Of a stretch of 64,000 nt of DNA, positions 54,114-62,399 are shown one piece after another. Within the stretch, counting starts at the first letter, position 1. Every line of letters begins with the position of its first letter. Below the pieces are notes generated by a model that was given only the letters and a program-made list of their open reading frames with translations, did no database searches and was not told the DNA's origin. Origin of the DNA: Cyanobacteria bacterium OH_SFB_17 (GTDB taxonomy: Bacteria > Cyanobacteriota > Vampirovibrionia > Gastranaerophilales > Gastranaerophilaceae); NCBI GenBank assembly GCA_023395735.1, contig JAEWYI010000026.1, forward strand, positions 1,403-65,402. The letters run 5' to 3'. A program made the translations under genes and the position numbers.

Positions 54114-55456
54114 TGAAAGAGAGAATTGTTTTATTTTCAATAATTTTTGGTTTGGCGATATTTTTATATATCTTCCAAAATTATTTTAATTCGTTATGGG
54201 CGTTTATCTTTTTAGTTTCAGCAATGATTGTTTATGCTTTTTATATGAACCTTGCAACTTTGCACAAAAAGCGTCAGTTGAAGAAAAATCCTAAAGTTAT
54301 TAACCCTAACTATAGACCCTTTGTGTCAGTTATGGTTCCTGCACACAATGAAGAAAGTGTTATCGCAAGCACTATTGAAAATATTTTGCAGATGGATTAC
54401 GAAAAATTTGAAGTTATCGTAATTGATGACAGAAGCGAAGATAATACAGCCTCAGTAGTCAGAGCTCTTGAGCAAAAATATGAAAACGTAAAGGCTCTTG
54501 TAAGAGATAAAGAAGCCTATCCAGGAAAATCAGCAGTATTAAACGATGCGCTTCCGATAGCGCAAGGTGAAGCCATTTTGGTTTTTGATGCAGATGCAAG
54601 AATTGAGAAAGATTTTTTATCTAAATTGATTCCAAACCTTGAGCCCGAAGATGTTGGTGCTGTTCAAGCAAGAAAAGTTGTTAGCAATAAGGATTTTAAT
54701 TTCTTAACAAGATGTCAAAATAACGAGATGACTTTGGATACAAACTTTCAAGTAGGTCGTGATGCGGTTAAAGGGGCGGTTGAGCTTCGAGGAAACGGTG
54801 AGTTGATAAAAAGGGTTGCACTGGAAGATATTGGCGGATGGAATAATGAGACAATAACAGATGATTTAGACATGTCAACTCAACTTCACATCAACGGATG
54901 GGACGTTAGATTTTGTCCTGAAGCTATTGTCTATGAAGAAGCGATTATTTACCTTGTTCCATTGTTTAGACAAAGAAGAAGATGGTTAGAAGGTAGCATA
55001 AGACGTTATTTAGAACGCTTTGGCGAGGTTTTAACATCCAAAGATATGTCTTTGAGAGCAAGTTTGGATATGACAGCGTATATTTCGGAATTTATAATGC
55101 CGATATGGTTTATTATGGAAGCTTTATCCCAAGGAATAAGAATTGCGGCTGGATTTGCGCCTAAAAATTGTATTTTTTCTTCAATTATTGCCGGTGCTGC
55201 AATCGCTATTTGTTTTACTCTTGCTGCAAGATACAGCTTAAGACGTTACGATAATTTGAGTCGTTTTCAGGCTTTGAAGCAGGCAATTGAAACTTCAATC
55301 TATTTAGTAGTAATTTGGTTCCCTGTTGTTATGTTTATTTGTTTTAAAATTTTATTTCTTAAAAAAGACATGACTTGGGGGAAAACAACTCATGGATTGA
55401 TTAAAGAAGAAGAACAGCACTTGCAAGAACAGCAAGCAGAATTACAAAATGTATAA
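54113..55456 (+). CDS. membrane-bound GT2 family processive glycosyltransferase
   Basis: VSVMVPAHNEE, VIDDRSEDNT, FDADA, TDDLD and QRRRWLEG (QxxRW) are present, with flanking TM helices. Its start overlaps the upstream stop. Confidence 0.8.
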   Translation: MKERIVLFSIIFGLAIFLYIFQNYFNSLWAFIFLVSAMIVYAFYMNLATLHKKRQLKKNPKVINPNYRPFVSVMVPAHNEESVIASTIENILQMDYEKFEVIVIDDRSEDNTASVVRALEQKYENVKALVRDKEAYPGKSAVLNDALPIAQGEAILVFDADARIEKDFLSKLIPNLEPEDVGAVQARKVVSNKDFNFLTRCQNNEMTLDTNFQVGRDAVKGAVELRGNGELIKRVALEDIGGWNNETITDDLDMSTQLHINGWDVRFCPEAIVYEEAIIYLVPLFRQRRRWLEGSIRRYLERFGEVLTSKDMSLRASLDMTAYISEFIMPIWFIMEALSQGIRIAAGFAPKNCIFSSIIAGAAIAICFTLAARYSLRRYDNLSRFQALKQAIETSIYLVVIWFPVVMFICFKILFLKKDMTWGKTTHGLIKEEEQHLQEQQAELQNV

Positions 55457-55480
55457 AATATAAATAGTCAGGAGAAATTA

Positions 55481-56008
55481 ATGCCGATAGTAGAAGAAGT
55501 TAAGCAAAAAATTAGAAGTATAAATGATTTCCCAAAACCGGGGATTGTCTTTAAGGATATCACAACAGCTCTAAAAGATGCTGAAACATTGAAAAAGATG
55601 GTTGATTTTCTTGCAGAAAATTTTAGCGGAGAAAAAATTGATTATATCGTTGGATTGGAATCAAGAGGGTTTATTTTTGGAGTTCCTGTTGCGTATCAGC
55701 TTAACGCGGGTTTTATTCCAATCCGAAAGCCAAACAAATTGCCTGCAAAAACGATTAAAGAATCTTATCAACTTGAATATGGTTCAGATACAATCGAAAT
55801 GCACGAAGATGCATTGAAAAAAGGCGATAGAGTTTTGATAGTTGATGATTTGCTTGCTACAGGCGGAACAGCTGCTGCTGCTTGTAATCTTGTGACAAAG
55901 GCAGGTGCAGAAATTGTAGGTTGCGCTTTTGTGATTGAACTTGTTGATTTACAAGGCAAAAACAAGCTTCCTAAGGATTGCAGAATTGTTTCCATGTTAG
56001 AATATTAA
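55481..56008 (+). CDS. apt: adenine phosphoribosyltransferase
   Basis: FPKPGIVFKDIT and the PRPP motif VLIVDDLLATGGTA are present. Confidence 0.95.
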   Translation: MPIVEEVKQKIRSINDFPKPGIVFKDITTALKDAETLKKMVDFLAENFSGEKIDYIVGLESRGFIFGVPVAYQLNAGFIPIRKPNKLPAKTIKESYQLEYGSDTIEMHEDALKKGDRVLIVDDLLATGGTAAAACNLVTKAGAEIVGCAFVIELVDLQGKNKLPKDCRIVSMLEY

Positions 56009-56021
56009 TAAAAACTTATAC

Positions 56022-56062
56022 AAAAAGAAGCCCGATTTATTATTAAATCGGGCTTCTTTTTG
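56022..56062. terminator. bidirectional terminator
   Basis: 18-bp stem AAAAAGAAGCCCGATTTA / TAAATCGGGCTTCTTTTT. Confidence 0.85.
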
Positions 56063-56066
56063 TTCA

Positions 56067-56414
56067 TTATTTTTTGTATTTTTTTATAATTGAAATAATA
56101 TCTTCAATTTGTGTCTCTTGTGAAATTTTATTATTTTCAGTTTTTTGAAAGATAATTTGAGAAAAACTTTCTTTTATATTTTTTAGATTGATTTGAGAAA
56201 AGAGCTTATATCCCTGCTTAACTCCTTCTTTTTTCTTCCAAAAGGTTGTAGAGCCTATTGTAAAGGTGAATGAATCATCATTTGTTCCAATTTTTTTTGC
56301 TTCAAGCTCAGCTTTTTCAAGCAATGTTTTTGGTAAACTTTTTCCGTGAGTTTTAATTGAAAGGCTAGCTTTAAAATTTGTAGCGTTTTGTTGTGTTAAT
56401 TGGGGTATTTGCAT
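56067..56414 (-). CDS. hypothetical protein (115 aa)
   Basis: RBS gaggag is present and the N-terminus is MQIPQLTQQNATNFKAS. Confidence 0.5.
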   Translation of the reverse strand: MQIPQLTQQNATNFKASLSIKTHGKSLPKTLLEKAELEAKKIGTNDDSFTFTIGSTTFWKKKEGVKQGYKLFSQINLKNIKESFSQIIFQKTENNKISQETQIEDIISIIKKYKK

Positions 56415-56544
56415 TATTTTTCTCCTCTGTGTCTTATTTTATTGTACTTGCCTAAGAATAAATGTCGAGTAAATTTTTTATTAAGAATGTAGCAGAAGGT
56501 ATAAAACCCTTACTATGGCTTAATATTTAGACTTTAACATTTTG

Positions 56545-57105
56545 TTATAAATTGAAGTATTGCATAACATGGTTTTGTATTAATTGATTAATAGTTGCTG
56601 CCGATTTTTTAACATTAGCGAAATCATGTATTTTTTCAACAGATAAACTATTTTTATAATTATCAGTGGTTCCCGGATTATAAATTTCAGCAAGTTCAAA
56701 TATAGAATAAGGTTCTAGATTCTTCTCACAGGATTTGCTTCCAAGATAGAACGATTCGCAATTAAATTGTCTGTCAGATTGAAAAATTTCTTTTGTCAAT
56801 TTAGCTAATTTTGAATATATAGGGAGATTATAGTCACAATTACCAAATTGATTGTTGAGATTCAAAGGTCTACCGTTTAAAACAAATGAAGCACCTTTAC
56901 TCTCTGTGAATTCGGTTACATCAACAACTAAAAAATTATTGTCAAAAGAATCAGGAAAGTTTTCAAAAACACTTTGAAAGTCTCGTTTAATATTTTTATT
57001 ATTTACCTGTGTTATTAATCTATGCCAAACAAAATCTTGCATTGTCGGTCTTACATTATACCTATATTTTATTGCTCCAATATTTTTGATATTATTAATT
57101 GCCAA
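56545..57105 (-). CDS. hypothetical protein (186 aa), TTG start
   Basis: aaggag lies 7 nt upstream of the TTG at 57105. The N-terminus is (M)AINNIKNIG. Confidence 0.55.
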   Translation of the reverse strand: MAINNIKNIGAIKYRYNVRPTMQDFVWHRLITQVNNKNIKRDFQSVFENFPDSFDNNFLVVDVTEFTESKGASFVLNGRPLNLNNQFGNCDYNLPIYSKLAKLTKEIFQSDRQFNCESFYLGSKSCEKNLEPYSIFELAEIYNPGTTDNYKNSLSVEKIHDFANVKKSAATINQLIQNHVMQYFNL

Positions 57106-57172
57106 AATGTTACTCCTTTATAGTGGAGTAACATTTGAAAATAAAATTTTTTGCTATTTTAACTTTGAAATA

Positions 57173-58636
57173 TTACAAATTCGCAATTTTTGTGTAGAAA
57201 TCGTTAGCTTGTTCAAATTTATAAGAAGCATTAAATAGTTTTGATTCTTCAAGTGCAGGTGCCAGAATCTGTAATCCGATAGGCATACCAGTTGAATCAA
57301 ATCCAGCAGGAACGCTTATTCCAGGGATACCTGCAAGGTTTGCACTGATTGTTGCAATATCTGTCAAGTACATCGCAAGCGGATCTTCTGTTTTTGAACC
57401 AAATTCAAACGCTGTATTTGGGCATGTTGGAGAGATTAGCAAGTCAACTTGGCTGAATACTCTGTCAAAATCTTGTTTTATCAATGCTCTTAGCTGTTGA
57501 GCCTTTTTATAATATGCATCGTAATAGCCAGAGCTTAAAGCGTATGTTCCAAGCATTATACGACGTTTAACTTCAGGTCCAAATCCTTCTGCGCGCGTTT
57601 TTGTATACATTTCCATAAGTGTTTTTGCATCAGGTGTTCTGTAGCCGTATTTTACACCGTCAAATCTTGCTAAATTTGAACTTGCTTCAGCTGTCGCTAC
57701 AATGTAGTATACTCCGATTGAGTGCTTAAGATATGGAAGCGAAACTTCTTGAATTTCAGCTCCAAGAGCTTTGTATGTGTCGATAGCATTTTGAACTGCT
57801 TTTTGAACGTCTTCGGATACACCTTCGCCCATAAGTTCTTTTATTACGCCGATTTTCATTCCTTTAATATCGTTGTTTAGATTTTTTGAATATTGTTCAA
57901 CAGGAATGTTTAATGAAGTTGAATCTTTAGCATCAACCCCTGAAATAACTTCCAATAACATTGCAGCATCTTCAACTGTTCTTGCGAAAGGTCCGATTTG
58001 ATCAAGTGATGATGCAAATGCAATTAGTCCATATCTTGAAACTCTTCCATAAGTTGGTTTCATTCCTACGATACCGCAAAAGCTTCCTGGCAAACGAATA
58101 CTTCCGCCTGTATCTGAGCCAAGTGACAATGTTGCTTCACAAGCGGCAACGCTTGCTGCTGAGCCGCCTGATGAACCTCCAGGAACTTTGTTTAAATCCC
58201 AAGGGTTTCTTGTTTTTTGAAACGCAGAGTTTTCAGTAGAGCTGCCCATTGCAAATTCATCTAAGTTTGCTTTTCCGACAATCGGAACCAAGTTGTTCAA
58301 TAGTTTGTCTGTGATTGTTGCATTGTAAGGAGAAACGAAATTTTCTAAAATTTTGCTTGATGCTGTGGTTTTAGAGTCTATTAAATTCATATTGTCTTTT
58401 AACGCAAGCGGAACACCAGCCAAAAGAGGGAGATCTTCGCCTTTTGCAATCTTTTCATCAACTTTTTTTGCTGTTTCAATCGCTGTATCTTTTGTAAGAG
58501 ACATAAAAGCTTGAACTTTGTCTTCTACTTCATTAATTCTTTCAAAAGTTGCTTCTGCTAATTCAACTGCAGAAATTTCTTTATTTTTCAGCGCTTTTTG
58601 TTGTTCAGCTGCTGATTTTTTTAATATCTCTTTCAT
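57173..58636 (-). CDS. gatA: Asp-tRNA(Asn)/Glu-tRNA(Gln) amidotransferase subunit A
   Basis: The amidase signature [12 protein letters not shown] is present. Length is 487 aa. Confidence 0.95.
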   Translation of the reverse strand: MKEILKKSAAEQQKALKNKEISAVELAEATFERINEVEDKVQAFMSLTKDTAIETAKKVDEKIAKGEDLPLLAGVPLALKDNMNLIDSKTTASSKILENFVSPYNATITDKLLNNLVPIVGKANLDEFAMGSSTENSAFQKTRNPWDLNKVPGGSSGGSAASVAACEATLSLGSDTGGSIRLPGSFCGIVGMKPTYGRVSRYGLIAFASSLDQIGPFARTVEDAAMLLEVISGVDAKDSTSLNIPVEQYSKNLNNDIKGMKIGVIKELMGEGVSEDVQKAVQNAIDTYKALGAEIQEVSLPYLKHSIGVYYIVATAEASSNLARFDGVKYGYRTPDAKTLMEMYTKTRAEGFGPEVKRRIMLGTYALSSGYYDAYYKKAQQLRALIKQDFDRVFSQVDLLISPTCPNTAFEFGSKTEDPLAMYLTDIATISANLAGIPGISVPAGFDSTGMPIGLQILAPALEESKLFNASYKFEQANDFYTKIANL

Positions 58637-58814
58637 TAATTTCTCCTTAAAATATCCTCTTGATTCAATTATATGATAAACATAGTAAAAGAAAAAATAA
58701 CAGTAAGATAAACCTTGTGCATGCGGTAATTATTTGTTACAATTTTTTATAGTTAGTATAGCAAAAAATATTTTCAGGGGGTTTATATAATTAAGTTATA
58801 AAGGAGGTTTCACA

Positions 58815-59321
58815 ATGTCTATAAACGCAATTTCTCAAGCAAATAGAAATATTGCTTTTAAATCAACAGCAGATAAAAAATCACAATACGAAAATCCAGT
58901 ATCAAGAAGTACAGAAAAAAATCTTGCCATTTTAACTGGCGTAGGCGGCTCAGTTGTAGTTGGTGCTATTGCTACAGGGCTTTCAACATTTGTTGTCCCG
59001 GCAAAGGACGTTGCAAAAGGCGGATTTTTTGCGAAAAATAAAATCGCTGTAGGTATAGGTGCCGCAGCTGCATTAGTTTCTCTTGCATTTACTCTTCCTG
59101 CAAAATTGTATAACACAAAGGTTAATGTATATGTAAAAGAAAAAGAAATGGATGTTTTCAGCCGTGATAGGTCCTTAAAAACAAATCTTACCGAAGAAGT
59201 AGATAAAGAAGTTAAAAATTCTGAAATTTCTCTAGATAAAAAACTAGATGATAACTTAAAACTTCAAATGGCTAATAAAGGTGCTGCTATCGGAATAGCA
59301 AATGTAACACCTAATGCGTAA
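58815..59321 (+). CDS. hypothetical two-TM membrane protein
   Basis: RBS aaggagg is present. The N-terminus is MSINAISQANRNIAFKS. It is a paralog of the next gene. Confidence 0.6.
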   Translation: MSINAISQANRNIAFKSTADKKSQYENPVSRSTEKNLAILTGVGGSVVVGAIATGLSTFVVPAKDVAKGGFFAKNKIAVGIGAAAALVSLAFTLPAKLYNTKVNVYVKEKEMDVFSRDRSLKTNLTEEVDKEVKNSEISLDKKLDDNLKLQMANKGAAIGIANVTPNA

Positions 59322-59333
59322 AGGTTCGATTTA

Positions 59334-59903
59334 ATGGCAATTAATCCTGTATTATATAATCCAATCTGTTTTCGTGCTGAAAATTCTTCAAATCAAAATG
59401 CTGAAAATCAGTACGACAAGAACCCTGTCTCTACAAAAGGGGAAAGGGCTAAACTTTTTGCTACCACTGCCATTGCCGGTCTTGGGGTCGGGCTTCGTTC
59501 GCTTTGGTATTTATATGACGATGGTTTTTTAGTCGAAGATGTATACAAAACAGGGTCAAAAATTGTTGACAAAAATAAAAAAAATCTTACAGGATCCAAA
59601 AAAGAATTGGCCAAATTGGGCGCTTTCGGGGCTTTGACCGCTGGGTTTGTCGCGCTGATTGCGGCTGTTTATACAGCTTATAAAACGCCAGATGTTATGT
59701 ATAATGGAAAAGTTAATGCATTTGTAAAAGGTAAAGATATGGATATCTATACAAGATCAAACAGTATTGAAAAAAGTTTGTATGACGAAATGAACGAGAA
59801 AGCAAAAGCAGCAACAACTAAAGAGGAAAAAGAGAAATTAAATCAACAGTATCTTAAATTGCGCGCAGCAAAAAATCAGGTGCCTGATTCTATTAAAAAA
59901 TAA
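59334..59903 (+). CDS. hypothetical two-TM membrane protein (tandem paralog)
   Basis: It shares NPVS and YNxKVNxxVKxKxMDxxxR motifs with the upstream gene. Confidence 0.6.
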   Translation: MAINPVLYNPICFRAENSSNQNAENQYDKNPVSTKGERAKLFATTAIAGLGVGLRSLWYLYDDGFLVEDVYKTGSKIVDKNKKNLTGSKKELAKLGAFGALTAGFVALIAAVYTAYKTPDVMYNGKVNAFVKGKDMDIYTRSNSIEKSLYDEMNEKAKAATTKEEKEKLNQQYLKLRAAKNQVPDSIKK

Positions 59904-59921
59904 GGTTTAATAAGGATAAAC

Positions 59922-59956
59922 AAAAAAGGCGCCAGCATCGCTGGCGCCTTTTTGTT
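59922..59956. terminator. bidirectional terminator
   Basis: Stem GGCGCCAGC / GCTGGCGCC with loop ATC, an A-run before and a T-run after. Confidence 0.85.
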
Positions 59957-59975
59957 TTATTCTTTTGCAAGTCAT

Positions 59976-61100
59976 CTACACACTAGTTGTTGCTTTAGTT
60001 TTTTCAATTGCCCCAATTAAAGTGTCAGCCACTTGTTTTTGTTCTTCAGCAGTAAGCTCAGGGAACATAGGAAGAGAAATTACAAGTTTTGTATTTTCTT
60101 CTGTGTAAGGAAGTGAGCCCTCATCCATTCCCAAATCAGCATGAACTTTTTGCATGTGAAGAGGTACCGGATAATAAAGCATAGCTCCAATTCCTGATTC
60201 TTGAAGAATTTTATGAACTTCATCTCTGTTAGGAATTTTTATTGTATATTGGTGATAAACGCAGTATGTGTTATCCATTTCAACCGGAGTTGTAATATCT
60301 GCACAGTTTTTAAACAATTCATTGTATCTGTATGCGTTTTCTCTTCTTTTTTTGTTCCAAGAGTCGATGTGTTTGAATTTTACTCTTAAAACAGCTGCTT
60401 GAACTTCATCCAGTCTACTGTTTACACCGATTTCATCGTGGTAGTATCTAACAGTCATCCCGTGATTTCTAAGCGAGTTTACTCTGTCGTTAATCACTTG
60501 TGAATTTGTTGTTAAAAGACCGCCATCGCCCATCGCACCAAGGTTTTTAGTAGGGAAAAAGCTGAAACAGCCGATGTCACCGAAAGAACCAACCATTTTA
60601 TCTCCGATTTTTGCTCCTATTGCTTGGCAGCAGTCTTCGATTACGTATAAATTGTGGCGTTTAGCAATATCCATAATTACTTCCATGTTTGCAGGTTGTC
60701 CGTAAAGGTGTACAGGTATAATTGCTTTTGTTTTTGGTGTTATTGCGTTTTCGATTTTTTCAGCATCAAGGTTGAATGTATCTTTGTCTATGTCAACAAA
60801 TACAGGAGTTGCACCAACTATGCTAATTGCTTCTGTTGTTGCAATAAAAGTGAAAGCTGTTGAAATAACTTCATCTCCAGGTCCAATATCCAAAGCTCTT
60901 AAAGCTAAGTGAAGAGCATCAGTTCCTGAGTTTAGGGTTATTGCGTGGTTTACACCAACATATTTCGCTAAATCTTCAGATAAAGCTTTGTTGTGTGGTC
61001 CAAGAATGTACGCTCCTGAGCGTAAAACTTCGACAACTTCTTTTTCAATTTCTGCGCCGATTTCTTTATATTGACGTTTTAAATCTAGAATAGGTATCAT
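59976..61100 (-). CDS. DegT/DnrJ/EryC1/StrS family PLP-dependent sugar aminotransferase
   Basis: IPILDLKRQY, NSGTDALHLAL and FFPTKNLGAMGDGG (PLP lysine region) are present. Confidence 0.9.
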   Translation of the reverse strand: MIPILDLKRQYKEIGAEIEKEVVEVLRSGAYILGPHNKALSEDLAKYVGVNHAITLNSGTDALHLALRALDIGPGDEVISTAFTFIATTEAISIVGATPVFVDIDKDTFNLDAEKIENAITPKTKAIIPVHLYGQPANMEVIMDIAKRHNLYVIEDCCQAIGAKIGDKMVGSFGDIGCFSFFPTKNLGAMGDGGLLTTNSQVINDRVNSLRNHGMTVRYYHDEIGVNSRLDEVQAAVLRVKFKHIDSWNKKRRENAYRYNELFKNCADITTPVEMDNTYCVYHQYTIKIPNRDEVHKILQESGIGAMLYYPVPLHMQKVHADLGMDEGSLPYTEENTKLVISLPMFPELTAEEQKQVADTLIGAIEKTKATTSV

Positions 61101-61232
61101 ATAAATCTCCTTCTCATCTTCTACCTTACTCTAGTTTAGCACAGTATTTACATGCCTTTACATAATTTTAATTTCAAAAAATTAAGTTTGAAACCTTTGT
61201 AAATAAGCTATTTGGATGTGTTTTGTAGATTG

Positions 61233-61973
61233 CTAAGGTTTAAAGTTAGGTATTGTTTTTGAGAGTTCTTCATAATTAGGTAATTTTTTGTTTATTATTA
61301 CAAAAGCAGCCGGGCTTGCTCCATTTTCTTTTTGTGGGTTTATGTTTGCTGGGTCGCAAGCGGTTATTTTTTCTTTTGTTCCATGTCCGCAAATTCCGTC
61401 TTTTGTTTTTTCTTTTGCATAAAAATTTATGTCATTACCGGTTTTGTAGCCAATGGTTAGGTGAAATGTATCTTTTCCTATTCTGTTTGGCGGTTTTTTC
61501 CCGTTTAAATCGACGAGCAGCCAGAACCCTTCTTCATCGCTTTCAATGGAAAAAATTGTGCCGTCAAGAAATATGTAAATATCGCGATTATTGTTTGTTC
61601 TAAAATCAAATTCACTTTTTTCGTTTCCCCAATATTCAAGCGTTTTTTCAGGAAGCAGATTGATATCATTTGGATTGTTTTTATTTATCTGCTGAGCAAT
61701 ATTTAAATATTTTTTTAAATCTTCAAAATCAGGGTTTTTCCCAGTTAATTTTTTTTGATACTCAAAGCAAACTCCTAATTTGTACGGACAAAAATTTTCG
61801 CCTTTCCATTTATCAATTGCGTCTTGCATTGTTGAATTAAATTTGCTTAGCTTGTCATAAATATGAGCCTGATAAGTATCTTTTTTTAGTGCCGGGATTG
61901 TAAGAATAAAAAGAGTGCCGATTATTAACATCGTTATCAAAATATCATACAAGTTAAATCCATTTTTTTTCAT
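61233..61973 (-). CDS. pilin/pseudopilin-like protein with a degenerate N-terminal helix
   Basis: The N-terminus is MKKNGFNLYDILITMLIIGTLFILTIPAL. The C-terminal DLNGKKPPNRIGKDTFHL is shared with the 679-1365 pilin-like protein (DTNCNKKPNKIGQDMFSM). Confidence 0.6.
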   Translation of the reverse strand: MKKNGFNLYDILITMLIIGTLFILTIPALKKDTYQAHIYDKLSKFNSTMQDAIDKWKGENFCPYKLGVCFEYQKKLTGKNPDFEDLKKYLNIAQQINKNNPNDINLLPEKTLEYWGNEKSEFDFRTNNNRDIYIFLDGTIFSIESDEEGFWLLVDLNGKKPPNRIGKDTFHLTIGYKTGNDINFYAKEKTKDGICGHGTKEKITACDPANINPQKENGASPAAFVIINKKLPNYEELSKTIPNFKP

Positions 61974-62026
61974 ATTTATCCTTTATTTTATAAACCAGAG
62001 CTGACGCGTATCATTATATAAACATT

Positions 62027-62062
62027 AAAAGAGCGAATTTACAATCGTAAATTCGCTCTTTT
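62027..62062 (-). terminator. terminator downstream of the wHTH gene
   Basis: Stem AAAAGAGCGAATTTAC / GTAAATTCGCTCTTTT. Confidence 0.75.
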
Positions 62063-62081
62063 AAAACATTCTTAATCTTTA

Positions 62082-62291
62082 TTATCTTAATTTGATTTTT
62101 AAAGAGTTTCCGCTTTTTGCAAGTTCAACTTTGTCTTCTCTTGCAAGCCATCCAAGGCCTAATTCAGCAAAGTTGCTTTTCAAGTCTAAATCTTTTTTCA
62201 TTTTTGAAAAAGTAGCCTGACCTTCATTTTCTGCTAAATAATCGTAAATTTGTCCTGCTGAAAGTCCAATTTCTTGTTCCATAGATTGCAT
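62082..62291 (-). CDS. small winged-helix (DUF2582-like) protein
   Basis: IGLSAGQIYDYLAENEGQATFSKMKKDLDL...LGLGWLAREDKV fits the small wHTH family. aaggag lies 9 nt before the ATG at 62291, whereas the ORF-track start at 62300 abuts the SD. Confidence 0.6.
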   Translation of the reverse strand: MQSMEQEIGLSAGQIYDYLAENEGQATFSKMKKDLDLKSNFAELGLGWLAREDKVELAKSGNSLKIKLR

Positions 62292-62399
62292 ATTTATCAT
62301 CTCCTTTGTAAGTGTAACCTTGTTGCTGTGTCAACTTGCCAGTATTATAAACAAAACAAAAGGCAAATTCAAGTCCACCAAAAGTAGTATTAGGCTAAT

